From contig BTVV01000046.1 of NCBI GenBank assembly GCA_045863855.1, positions 1 to 43,155 on the forward strand: a stretch of 43,155 nucleotides of DNA, given 5' to 3'. The notes under the pieces were generated by a model, which was not told the DNA's origin, made no database searches, and saw only the letters and a list, made by a program, of their open reading frames with translations. Every line of letters starts with the position of its first letter. The first letter of the stretch is position 1. The stretch is from Planctomycetota bacterium (GTDB lineage Bacteria; Planctomycetota; SZUA-567; H5-PLA8). The translations under genes were made by a program, and so were the position numbers. This document shows positions 34,181 through 43,155 of this stretch, one piece after another.

Positions 34181-35617
34181 ATGGCTTGGTCGACACCGGA
34201 AAAACGGCGGCAACGCGCCTTGGAATACACGGCGCTGGGCTTCGCGGCGCTCGGAATCGTGGTGCTGGGCGTGGTGGTGCTGGGTGGACATGCGGCGCCG
34301 CAGCGCCAGACTCCGGCCGAGCCTTCGGTGGCCCTTGTGCCTTCCGCGCCGCCGATCCCGATGCCCGCTTTGCCCGCGGGGCCTTCGCTCCTGCAGGTCG
34401 CGGGGCATCCGGAATCGGCCGGCCCCTTGCCGCCGGGCGGTACTATCGTGCCGCTGCGCGGAACCGATCCGTCGACTGAGGCGCAGCCTCCCGCCACTCG
34501 CGGCACGGCTTCGATCGTGCGCTGGCGAGGGCCGTTGGCGCAAGGGTTGCTCCTGTTGGACCAGGCGCGCGCGGGCGATGCGTTGGCTTGGGCGCAGCAA
34601 CACGACGCGCACCTCGGCGCCGCCGGACGCCTGATCCAGGCACGCGCGCTGCTCGATCTGAGACGCCTCAACGACGCGCGGCTGGCATTTGCGGCCGCTC
34701 AGCGCGACGCACAGGATGCGGGCACGCGCTCCGACGCGCAATTCGGCCTGGCGCTCTGCGCGGCCGGCGGACAACCCGAACTGATCGCCTCCGACGCGCT
34801 GGCGGTTCTGGCCGCCGATGCTTCGGCGAGCTGGGGCATGGCGCGCGCCGCGCTGGCATACGCTCAAGCGGTGGAAGACGGACACGCCACGGTGAACGCG
34901 CCGGGGGGAACCGATCCGAAGCCGTATGCCGAAGAATTGGCGCGCGCGTACTATCAGAAGGCGTTTCTCGCACAGACCCTGGAACGTTCCCACGAAGACC
35001 TCTGCCGCCAACGCCTGGAAGCGCTTACCGAACGCATCGTGCTCAATCCCGGACGCGCACATCTGACCGAGCAGCCCCGCGCAACAATGCACGCGGTCGA
35101 GCCCGGCCAGTCGCTCTACGCGATCGCCAAGCGCTACGGCGTCAGCATCGGCGCGCTGGCGCGGCTCAATCGGCTGGAACGCAATGCGTTTCTGCGCGTC
35201 GGACAGACCCTCAAAGTGCTTCCGGGGCGGGTGTCCTTGCACGTGGACCGCTGGCGCCTGACCGCCACGCTCCTCGTCGATGGCGCCTACCTGAAGCAAT
35301 GGCCGGTGGGCATCGGGCCGGACGAGAAGACGCCGTCGGGCGCCTTCTCCGTGCGTACCAAACTGGTGAACCCCGACTGGTACTACGGTGGGCAACGCAT
35401 CCCCTTCGGGCATCCGGAGAATATCCTCGGCACGCGCTGGCTGGGCTTCGACCGCGACGAGCACGGCGGCAAGGGCGCCGGGATTGGCGTACACGGCACC
35501 GCGATTCCGGAAAGCGTGCCTGGACGAGAGAGCAAAGGGTGCGTGCGCATGCGCAACGCGGAAGTCGAAGAACTGTACGATTGGCTGCCGCAGGGCGGGC
35601 TGGTCGTCATTCCGTAG
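34181..35617 (+). CDS. Membrane-anchored LysM + YkuD L,D-transpeptidase
   Basis: N-terminal TM helix; LysM HAVEPGQSLYAIAKRYGVS..L..LN; catalytic GVHGT...SKGCVRM. Confidence 0.9.
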   Translation: MAWSTPEKRRQRALEYTALGFAALGIVVLGVVVLGGHAAPQRQTPAEPSVALVPSAPPIPMPALPAGPSLLQVAGHPESAGPLPPGGTIVPLRGTDPSTEAQPPATRGTASIVRWRGPLAQGLLLLDQARAGDALAWAQQHDAHLGAAGRLIQARALLDLRRLNDARLAFAAAQRDAQDAGTRSDAQFGLALCAAGGQPELIASDALAVLAADASASWGMARAALAYAQAVEDGHATVNAPGGTDPKPYAEELARAYYQKAFLAQTLERSHEDLCRQRLEALTERIVLNPGRAHLTEQPRATMHAVEPGQSLYAIAKRYGVSIGALARLNRLERNAFLRVGQTLKVLPGRVSLHVDRWRLTATLLVDGAYLKQWPVGIGPDEKTPSGAFSVRTKLVNPDWYYGGQRIPFGHPENILGTRWLGFDRDEHGGKGAGIGVHGTAIPESVPGRESKGCVRMRNAEVEELYDWLPQGGLVVIP

Positions 35618-35632
35618 CCGGCCGGGCGCGCT

Positions 35633-36424
35633 TCAGTCGCCGGCAACCGGCACTTTCGGCGTTGCTTCGAGTTCCACGCCGGTTTGCGAGGGCAGCACCA
35701 CCGTATCGCTCTGTTCCAGCGGCGTGGCTACGTTGAGCTTCCCATCGACGATATGGTCGACGCGCGTGGCAAAGCGTTCGAGGCGCGGGTCGTGGGTCAC
35801 TACCAGCGCGGCCTTGCGCCCCTGCATCACCTCGTCGCGCAAAAGCGCCATGATCTGAAGGCCGGTGGCGGTATCGAGCGCCGCCGTGGGCTCGTCGGCC
35901 AGAATGACGTCGCTGTTTCCCGCCATCGCGCGCGCGATGCAGACGCGCTGGCGCTGCCCGCCGGAAAGCTGGTCGGGCTTGCGGTGCATGCAGTCGGCCA
36001 GACCCACGCGCGCGAGAATCTCCTTCGCTTCGCGGTTGCGCTGCACGTACCCATAGCCTTTTAGCCTCAGCGCCAAGGTTACATTCTGAACCGCGGTGAG
36101 CGCAGGGAAAAGATTGTACGACTGAAATATGAAGCCGATGTGCTTCAAACGCAGGCCGGGCAACTGATCCTCGCCCATATTGGTGACGTCCTGCCCATCG
36201 AGCCAAACGCGCCCGCGGGTAGGCTTCATCAGCAGGCCCATGATCGAAAGCAGAGTGGTTTTGCCGCTGCCGGAAGGCCCCTGGAGCAGCACAAAATCGC
36301 CGCGCTTAAGAGAAAGCGATGCGTGTTCGACCGCGTGCACCGTAACGGGGCCGGAGCGGAACTCTTTGGTGATTCCGTGCAACTGAATCAGCGTGTCGGT
36401 CGCCCGACCCGAAGGTGCGCTCAT
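35633..36424 (-). CDS. ABC transporter ATP-binding protein (LolD/MacB-like)
   Basis: GPSGSGKT, LSGGQRQR, ILADEPT, VTHD. Confidence 0.93.
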   Translation of the reverse strand: MSAPSGRATDTLIQLHGITKEFRSGPVTVHAVEHASLSLKRGDFVLLQGPSGSGKTTLLSIMGLLMKPTRGRVWLDGQDVTNMGEDQLPGLRLKHIGFIFQSYNLFPALTAVQNVTLALRLKGYGYVQRNREAKEILARVGLADCMHRKPDQLSGGQRQRVCIARAMAGNSDVILADEPTAALDTATGLQIMALLRDEVMQGRKAALVVTHDPRLERFATRVDHIVDGKLNVATPLEQSDTVVLPSQTGVELEATPKVPVAGD

Positions 36425-36532
36425 GCCGCCGGTGGTTCCTTGGCCGATCCAACATCAGGCAAACGAAACTTCATCTTAGCTTAATTTAGGCCGCTGTCAG
36501 CCCCCATCCGCAGACTTCCGGGCGCCCGCCGG

Positions 36533-38389
36533 CTATTCGACGGTCACGCTCTTGGCCAGGTTTCTAGGCTTATCCACGTCGCAGCCGCGCGCCACGGCCA
36601 TGTGGTAGGCCATGAGCTGCAGCGGAATGGTGCAGACGATCGAGTTCATGATGCCGCGGTCGTCGTGCACGGGGATCACGTCGTCGACGTAATGCCCGAT
36701 CTCCGCATCGTCGTGGCTGGCGATGGCGATGACGCGCCCCCCGCGGGCTTTCACTTCCTGAATGTTGCTGACGATCTTCTCGTAACGACGGCCGCGCAGC
36801 GCGAGAATCACCACCGGCATGCGTTCGTCGATCAAGGCGATGGGGCCGTGCTTCATCTCGGCGGCGTCGTATCCTTCGGCGTGGATGTAACTGACTTCCT
36901 TAAGCTTCAGCGCCCCCTCGAGCGCCAGCGGGTAGCCGGTGCCGCGCCCCAAATACAGCGCGTTCGTGGCGTCCTTGTATTTCAAAGCGACGGCCTCGAT
37001 CCGCTCCGCGTAGGCCAGCGTCTCCTCGACACGCACGGGCACCTGCAGGATGTCCTGCACGCGCCGCCGGGCTTCGGCCGGGTCGAGCCGCCCGCGCAGG
37101 ATGCCCAGGTGAATCGCGAAGACGTAGAGCGCCGCAAGCTGCCCCGTGAATGCCTTGGTCGATGCGACCCCGATCTCGGGACCGACATGCATGTAGATCG
37201 TGCCGTCGCTCTCCCGCGCCAGAGTGCTGCCTTGAACGTTCAGCACGGCGACGGTCTTGCAGCCGGCTTCGCGAGCCACGCGTATGGCGCCGAGCGTATC
37301 GGCGGTCTCGCCGGACTGCGAAACGGCCAGCACCAGCACGCTGGGATCCAGCACCGGATCGCGGTACCTGAAATCGCTGCCGTACTCGACCTGCACCGGA
37401 ATCCGCGCGGTGCGTTCGATCATGTTCCGCCCGACCATCGCGGCGTGGAGGGCCGTCCCCTGCCCCACCATGACGATGCGCGAGACACCACGCAGGGCGC
37501 CGCCGTCGAGCTTCAGGTCCGGCAAATCGAAGCGCGGGTAGGTGCCCGGACGGCCTTCGACACCGGCATCGGCGATCAGCTTCGCGGCCAGCCGGCGCAG
37601 CGCGCCTGGCTGTTCGTGAATTTCCTTGAGCATGAAATGCGCGTAGCCGCCGCGCTCCACGTCGGCCACGTCCCAGCGAATCTCCTGCACGCGCGGTTCG
37701 ACCGGCTTGCCTCCGGCACGCAGTTCGAACCGGCCCGGCGCCAGCGCGACGACTTGATCGTCGTCCAGGTACACCACACTCCGTGTATGTTCGACGATGG
37801 GCACCGCATCGCTGGCCAGGAAGAATTCCTTGCGCTCCGCCCCCAGCCCCACGGCCAGCGGCGAACCGCGCCGCGCGCCGACGATCAGACCCGGTTCCTG
37901 AACGGCCAGCACGGCAAAGGCAAACGAACCTTCGATGCGCGCGATGGCGGCTTCGACGGCAGCCATCAGATTGCCGCGATACAAGGACGCCACCAGATTC
38001 GCCGCGGCTTCGGTGTCGGTCTCGCTCGAGAAGCGATATCCGCCGGATTCCAGCTCTTGCCGAAGCGCGGCGTAGTTTTCGATGATGCCGTTGTGAACCA
38101 GCGCGATGCGGCCGTCGGAACTGAGGTGCGGGTGCGCGTTGGCCACGGTGGGCCGTCCGTGCGTGGCCCAGCGCGTATGCCCAATGGCGGTGTGCGCATC
38201 CGCTCCGGCATCGCCAACCCGAGCTTGCAGGTCGGCCACGCGTCCCACGACTCGAGTGGTTTCGATCCGCCCGCCGGCTTGCGTGGCGATCCCCGCGCTG
38301 TCGTAGCCGCGATACTCAAGCCGCTGCAGGCCGCTCAGCACGAACGGCACCGCCTGCCCGGGACCGGTGTAGCCGACGATTCCGCACAT
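36533..38389 (-). CDS. glmS: Glutamine--fructose-6-phosphate transaminase
   Basis: MCGIVG, LEYRGYDSAG, GHTRWATHG, SQSGETAD, PRNLAKSVTVE. Confidence 0.98.
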   Translation of the reverse strand: MCGIVGYTGPGQAVPFVLSGLQRLEYRGYDSAGIATQAGGRIETTRVVGRVADLQARVGDAGADAHTAIGHTRWATHGRPTVANAHPHLSSDGRIALVHNGIIENYAALRQELESGGYRFSSETDTEAAANLVASLYRGNLMAAVEAAIARIEGSFAFAVLAVQEPGLIVGARRGSPLAVGLGAERKEFFLASDAVPIVEHTRSVVYLDDDQVVALAPGRFELRAGGKPVEPRVQEIRWDVADVERGGYAHFMLKEIHEQPGALRRLAAKLIADAGVEGRPGTYPRFDLPDLKLDGGALRGVSRIVMVGQGTALHAAMVGRNMIERTARIPVQVEYGSDFRYRDPVLDPSVLVLAVSQSGETADTLGAIRVAREAGCKTVAVLNVQGSTLARESDGTIYMHVGPEIGVASTKAFTGQLAALYVFAIHLGILRGRLDPAEARRRVQDILQVPVRVEETLAYAERIEAVALKYKDATNALYLGRGTGYPLALEGALKLKEVSYIHAEGYDAAEMKHGPIALIDERMPVVILALRGRRYEKIVSNIQEVKARGGRVIAIASHDDAEIGHYVDDVIPVHDDRGIMNSIVCTIPLQLMAYHMAVARGCDVDKPRNLAKSVTVE

Positions 38390-38392
38390 GGG

Positions 38393-38845
38393 CTACATCG
38401 GCTTCCAGTCTTCTTCGTAGACCTTCTTGTAAGCCCAGTCGCCGACGTAATAGTAGCGCGCGTCTTCGCCTTTGCTGGCTTTGATGCCGGTCAAGACCAC
38501 GTAGACCAGGATGGCAAGCGATAACAAAACAAAAATAGGGGCCGCGATAAAAATGATCAGACCCCCGGTGATAAAGAACAGTACCGCAAAGGGAATGGCC
38601 AGCACTATTCCGATGGCCGTCATTCCCAACTGAAAGGCAAAAGACTGGATGGCGTGGAATCGAACATACTTCGACTCATCCTTCTTGACGAAGTAGGCGA
38701 TCAGTGGACCGACCAGATTCCCGAACGGTACACCGACAACGCCGATGAAGACCAGGATATGCGCCAGCATCCCCCAGTTCTTCTCGTCTTCTTTCAAACT
38801 GCCGTCGGCTTGGGGTGCCGGTGCGGCAGGCGGGGTCTCGGACAT
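38393..38845 (-). CDS. DUF4870-like membrane protein
   Basis: EKNWGMLAH...GPLI...VRFHAIQS...IKASKGE..Y pattern; three hydrophobic segments. Confidence 0.8.
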   Translation of the reverse strand: MSETPPAAPAPQADGSLKEDEKNWGMLAHILVFIGVVGVPFGNLVGPLIAYFVKKDESKYVRFHAIQSFAFQLGMTAIGIVLAIPFAVLFFITGGLIIFIAAPIFVLLSLAILVYVVLTGIKASKGEDARYYYVGDWAYKKVYEEDWKPM

Positions 38846-38881
38846 GAACAGTTCTCCTTAAAGGGAAAGTCGGGCGAAACG

Positions 38882-40261
38882 TCAGCCGCCCGCCAATTCT
38901 TTGATCCGGCTGGAATACTTATCCACCAAGGCCTGCGCTTCTGCTTCGCTGCGCGCTTCGGCGATCACGCGCATCACCGGTTCGGTATTGCTCGCACGCA
39001 AATGCACCCAGCGGTCGGACCAGTCCAATCGCAGGCCATCCTCCGTGTTTACTTCGGCCTCATGGCTCTCGGCCTTCAACCGTCGCAGCAGTTCGCGGCT
39101 GCGAGCGGCGGGAATCTCGATGCGGCTCTTGACCATATTCCACTTCGGCAGCTTGGCGGCCAGTTCGGAAATCGTCTTTCCGCTGTCGGCCAGATGTTCC
39201 AGGATCAACCCCATGCCCACAATCGCATCGCGGCCGCAGTGAATCTGCGGATCCATCACGCCGCCGTTGCCTTCGCCCCCGAAGACCGCGCCTTCGTGCT
39301 TCATATGCTCGGCCACGTTCACTTCGCCCACCGCGGTGCGCTCGACCCGCGCCCCAGCCGCCCGCGCCACGTCCTCGCTCACCCGGCTGGTGGACATGTT
39401 GATCACCACCAGGCCATCCTTGCCGCCGCGCTTGCCGAGCACGTATTGCATGGCCAGCGCGAGACTCAATTCCTCGCCCAAAAACGCGCCCTGGTCGCTG
39501 ACCACCGCGACACGGTCGGCGTCGGGATCGGCCGCGAAGCCGATATCGGCCCCACGCTCGCGCGTAAAGCGGCACAAATCCTGCAGGTTATCGAAGTTGG
39601 GCTCGGGCGTGTGCGGGAACAATCCATCGGGCGTGCAGTGAATCGGTTCCACTTGGCAGCCCAGACTGCGCAGCAGCCGCAAGCTCACCCCCACCCCCGC
39701 CCCGTTGCAGCAATCCAGCGCGACCTTGAACTTGCGAGCTTTTATTTTTTCCACATCCAGGATCGAGAGCACTTTCTCGACGTGGTGCGCCTCGGCATCG
39801 GGGACGAGTTCAACCGTGCGCAACCCGTCCCACGGCTTGGTAACGTAGTCCCCGCTGTAGTAAATATTGAGCAGATCGCGGCCTTCGTCGGCATTCAAGT
39901 AAATGCCATCGGCACGAAAAAACTTGAGCGCGTTCCACTCGACGGGGTTGTGGCTCGCCGAAATCACGATCCCGCCATCGGCCTTGAGATCCTCGATCAT
40001 CAGCGTGGCGGTGGGCGTGGCGACGACTCCGATATCGAGCACTTGGCAACCGGCGCTGATCAATCCGCCCAACACCGCGTGCTTGACCATCTCCCCCGAC
40101 ACGCGCGTATCGCGCCCGACCACCACACGGCCCGAGCAGAGGTAAGTCCCGAAGGCCTGACCCAGCCGCGCCACGAGTTCCGGTGTGAGGCTCCGGCCTA
40201 CGATGCCCCGCACCCCGGAAATGGATATCATCAAGTCGCTGCGCGGTCCGGTTGTGGACAT
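38882..40261 (-). CDS. glmM: Phosphoglucosamine mutase (alpha-D-phosphohexomutase family)
   Basis: ISGVRG, GRDTR, ISASHNP, DPDADR, GGEGNGG, RASNTEP; upstream of glmS. Confidence 0.88.
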   Translation of the reverse strand: MSTTGPRSDLMISISGVRGIVGRSLTPELVARLGQAFGTYLCSGRVVVGRDTRVSGEMVKHAVLGGLISAGCQVLDIGVVATPTATLMIEDLKADGGIVISASHNPVEWNALKFFRADGIYLNADEGRDLLNIYYSGDYVTKPWDGLRTVELVPDAEAHHVEKVLSILDVEKIKARKFKVALDCCNGAGVGVSLRLLRSLGCQVEPIHCTPDGLFPHTPEPNFDNLQDLCRFTRERGADIGFAADPDADRVAVVSDQGAFLGEELSLALAMQYVLGKRGGKDGLVVINMSTSRVSEDVARAAGARVERTAVGEVNVAEHMKHEGAVFGGEGNGGVMDPQIHCGRDAIVGMGLILEHLADSGKTISELAAKLPKWNMVKSRIEIPAARSRELLRRLKAESHEAEVNTEDGLRLDWSDRWVHLRASNTEPVMRVIAEARSEAEAQALVDKYSSRIKELAGG

Positions 40262-40272
40262 GCTGGAATTCC

Positions 40273-41289
40273 TCACGGGTTGTCGGTCGAAGCAGAGCCG
40301 CGCAATGCCGGCGCAAGACGCTTGAGGCGGTAGGTTACGTTCAGCTCCTGCATCATCTTGCGCTCGCGATTCGAACATTCCACCGAGCTCAAGTACCGCT
40401 CCGCGGCTTCGTCGAGCATGCCCGTCTCCGCGTCGAAGACCGCGCGCCCCTCCAGCATCTCGACCGTTCCGGGCCGCAAGGTGAGACTACCCGCACGATC
40501 GTTGAGCCCATCCAGCTTAACCGGCTCGGTAGAGAGCACTTCGCGCTTCAAGCCCAGCTTCAACCGTCCCTGCCCCTGCTCGCCTTCCACGCTCACGCGC
40601 CTGACCAGCCGCAACCGCTCCAATTCCGATTTACCTTCCGCCGAGGGCGCTTGCTCCAAGGCCGGCAACAGTTCGGCATCCACGCTCCCGGGCTTAAGGC
40701 CAAAGTCCCTTTGCAGCGCATCATCCAACTGCTGCACCGATTTGCGCGGAACGGCAAGCGTGCGCTGCAGCCGATGCAACGCGTCGGTCAAATGTTCGGG
40801 CTGCCGCGAGCGAACGTCCACGCGGCCCATGGCGTCAAGGCGCACTTTCCAAGACAACTCGCGAAACGTCTCTTCGATCACGCGCGCCAGCAATTCGCCG
40901 CGCTCCGCGTCTTCCCGAACTTTACTCACGTCGTCGTCGTAGCGCCGGTACGGAGGCAACGTAAGCCGCACGCTTTCCAACGTCATTTCGGCATTCGCCA
41001 TGCCGTCGGATTCGACCTCTTCAGTCTTAAAGACCAGCACGCCCTGCATCTCGGTTACACGGATCAGCGGCTCGAGACCCGGCGTATCCTGCTTGATCTC
41101 GATGCGCTTTTCGTACTGAAAGCGGTACACCGTTTTCGGCAGCCAGCGGTAGCGCAAAGGTCCGGCATGACCCGGCGCATGCGGTGGCCGCTGCTCCGGC
41201 ACGATCTGCTCGGCCAGCGCCGAACCCGCCGCCATCCATGCGATGCATAAGCACAGACGCAGCCATACCGTCCCCATAACACGGCTCAT
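40273..41289 (-). CDS. Exported hypothetical protein
   Basis: Start at ATG 41289 (ATGA overlap); signal-peptide-like LCLCIAWMAAGSALA. Confidence 0.7.
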   Translation of the reverse strand: MSRVMGTVWLRLCLCIAWMAAGSALAEQIVPEQRPPHAPGHAGPLRYRWLPKTVYRFQYEKRIEIKQDTPGLEPLIRVTEMQGVLVFKTEEVESDGMANAEMTLESVRLTLPPYRRYDDDVSKVREDAERGELLARVIEETFRELSWKVRLDAMGRVDVRSRQPEHLTDALHRLQRTLAVPRKSVQQLDDALQRDFGLKPGSVDAELLPALEQAPSAEGKSELERLRLVRRVSVEGEQGQGRLKLGLKREVLSTEPVKLDGLNDRAGSLTLRPGTVEMLEGRAVFDAETGMLDEAAERYLSSVECSNRERKMMQELNVTYRLKRLAPALRGSASTDNP

Positions 41290-42851
41290 CGGGGCGGCCT
41301 CTCGATATTCAGCTTGGCGACCCGGTATCGGATCGATCGGAAGGTCATGCCCAGCAGCTTTGCGGCCTCTGTCATATTCCAGCCCGTGCGTTCCAAGGCC
41401 TGAATGATGTAGGCGCGCTCCGTTTCCAGCAAGAATCGTTCGAGGTCCATTCCCGCGTCGGGCAGGATCTGAGAGGTATCGGTCTGCGGCATCCCGGCCA
41501 CCGGGATGACGCCCATGGGCGTCACAGGCAACCGCCGCGAACTGGGCGTGGGCGTCATTAGCGCCGACTCGCCTTTGCGCACCGCCGGAATGGCGTACCC
41601 GCTCGCAAGCTGCGCGGAACTGGCGCCCATCCCGCTGCCGGCCCCCGGCGCCATCGGACCCACCAGTTCGCCGATCGTAATGCGGTCGGATATCGAGAGC
41701 GCCACCGCGCGCTCGATCGTATTCTCCAGTTCGCGGACGTTGCCGGGCCAATGATAGGCGATCAGGCGCTTCATCGCGGCTTCTTCGATGGTGCGCACCG
41801 ACTTGCCCATGCGCTTGCCGTAGCGGGCCAGGAAATGCCCCGCCAGCATCGGCACGTCTTCAGGGCGCTCGCGTAGCGGCGGCAACGCGATGGGAATTAC
41901 GTTCAAGCGGTGGAACAAATCCTCGCGGAAATCGCCCTCCGCGCACATCTGCGCCAGCACCCGGTTGGTGGCGGCGATGATGCGCACGTCGGATTTCGTT
42001 TCACGGCTTCCGCCCACCGGCTTAAAGGTGTGGGATTCCAGCACGCGCAACAGCTTCACCTGCATCAGCAGGCTCATTTCGCCCACTTCGTCGAGAAAAA
42101 GCGTGCCGCGGTCGGCCGACTCGAATACGCCCTTGCGGTCGGCGATGGCGTTGGTGAACGCGCCCTTCACGTGCCCGAACAGTTCCGACTCGAGCAGCGT
42201 CTCGGTAAACGCACCGCAGTTGACGGGCACGAACGGCCCCTTCGCGCGCAGCGAATTGTAATGAATCCCACGCGCAATGAGTTCCTTGCCGGTTCCGCTT
42301 TCGCCCGTGATCAGCACCGTCGTATCGGTCGGCGCGATGCGCTTGACCATCTGGACCACGGCGTTCATCGCCGCGCTGTTGCCCACCAGGTCCAGCAGCG
42401 GGAAGTGTTCGCGGGCCGAGCCCTGTTCCGCAAGTTCGCGCCGCTCCAGCGCGCGCGCGACAAGCTGCCGGAATTCCTCGGTGTCGAACGGTTTGGTCAG
42501 GTGCGTGTACGCGCCCAGCCGCATCGCCTCGACCGCGGTCTCCCAAGTGCCGAAGGCCGTGACGACGATGGATAGCGTTTCGGGGCGCTTTTCTTTAAGC
42601 AGGCGCAGGAACGTAAGCCCGTCCATCTTGGGCATGCGCAAGTCCTGGATAACCAGATCGAATGCGTTTTCGTCCACCAATCGCAGCGCTTCGTGCCCGT
42701 CGTCGGTGACGAGCACCGTGTACCCTTCGCCTTCCAAAATCACGCGCATGAGGCGCTGCATGCCGGGTTCGTCGTCGACGACGAGGATGCGGCGCAGCGC
42801 TTTGGACGGCGCGCCCATTTGAGCCGTAGGCGTGGCGTTGGCGGTGCTCAT
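41286..42851 (-). CDS. Sigma54-dependent response regulator (NtrC/PilR family)
   Basis: Receiver ILVVDDE...DLRMP; GESGTGKE; GAFTNA; WPGNVRELEN; C-terminal Fis-type HTH. Confidence 0.95.
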   Translation of the reverse strand: MSTANATPTAQMGAPSKALRRILVVDDEPGMQRLMRVILEGEGYTVLVTDDGHEALRLVDENAFDLVIQDLRMPKMDGLTFLRLLKEKRPETLSIVVTAFGTWETAVEAMRLGAYTHLTKPFDTEEFRQLVARALERRELAEQGSAREHFPLLDLVGNSAAMNAVVQMVKRIAPTDTTVLITGESGTGKELIARGIHYNSLRAKGPFVPVNCGAFTETLLESELFGHVKGAFTNAIADRKGVFESADRGTLFLDEVGEMSLLMQVKLLRVLESHTFKPVGGSRETKSDVRIIAATNRVLAQMCAEGDFREDLFHRLNVIPIALPPLRERPEDVPMLAGHFLARYGKRMGKSVRTIEEAAMKRLIAYHWPGNVRELENTIERAVALSISDRITIGELVGPMAPGAGSGMGASSAQLASGYAIPAVRKGESALMTPTPSSRRLPVTPMGVIPVAGMPQTDTSQILPDAGMDLERFLLETERAYIIQALERTGWNMTEAAKLLGMTFRSIRYRVAKLNIERPPR

Positions 42852-43155
42852 GCCTTCAACCGCTCCGCCACGGGTTTGCGAACATCTTCACCGGATTCCG
42901 GCTGCAGATCCGAAGGCAACCAGATGCTGAAGCTCGTACCCTGACCCTCCGTGCTCTTGAACGACACCAGTCCTTCGTGCCCCTGAACGATACGGTCGGC
43001 GATGGCCAACCCCAGTCCGGTTCCGCTGGGCTTAGTCGTGAAGAAGGGTTCGAAGATCTGGGCTTGAACATCTTCAGGCATGCCCGGGCCGTTGTCGGTG
43101 ATCTCGATCAGCACACCGGGCCGGTTAAGCCGGTTTTCGACGGCTTTGGCTTCCA
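42848..43155 (-). CDS. Sensor histidine kinase, C-terminal HATPase part (truncated by the window)
   Basis: DNGPG, IFEPFFTTK, GTGLGL; ATGA overlap with the regulator. Confidence 0.9.
   Translation of the reverse strand, partial: EAKAVENRLNRPGVLIEITDNGPGMPEDVQAQIFEPFFTTKPSGTGLGLAIADRIVQGHEGLVSFKSTEGQGTSFSIWLPSDLQPESGEDVRKPVAERLKA

Noticed and set aside
38389..38400. glmS ribozyme upstream of glmS
   Set aside because: Only 3 nt separate glmS from the upstream gene, leaving no room for a leader.
38864..38874. The same 11-mer GGAAAGTCGGG in the glmM-DUF4870 gap
   Set aside because: A single short match in high-GC DNA with no supporting structure; treated as chance. It also shows that one 11-bp match alone is weak evidence.
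36602..40333. Long plus-strand ORFs (640 aa and 559 aa)
   Set aside because: Antisense shadows of glmS and glmM, typical of high-GC DNA.

Overview
High-GC bacterial DNA (gene content suggests a PVC/Planctomycetota-like host, which is inference) in three parts centred on a minus-strand tRNA-Arg(TCT) gene at 17329-17405. (1) 1-~17300 is the end of a large mobile element (prophage or ICE). It holds a minus-strand run of about 35 mostly small genes ending in a polyvalent-type protein and an N6-adenine-type methyltransferase that runs off the left edge. It also carries an unusual tRNA with a Leu-type body but an Asp (GTC) anticodon, followed by a hairpin that repeats its anticodon loop exactly, plus a ~530-nt highly structured non-coding leader and an AT-rich repeat block. 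(2) 17364-33981 is a complete ~16.6-kb integrated element bounded by a perfect 43-bp direct repeat that equals the 5' half of the tRNA-Arg gene. It has a phage-satellite layout (integrase, Xis-like HTH, replication initiator, DnaB-like helicase, Ogr-like Zn finger, two P27-type TerS) and encodes a tape-measure-like protein and tail-tip-like genes, but no recognisable TerL, portal or major capsid protein. (3) 34000-43155 is host housekeeping DNA: LysM L,D-transpeptidase, ABC ATPase, glmS, DUF4870-like protein, glmM, an exported protein, a sigma54 response regulator and a partial sensor kinase. Family calls come from motif recognition by eye; no database searches were run.
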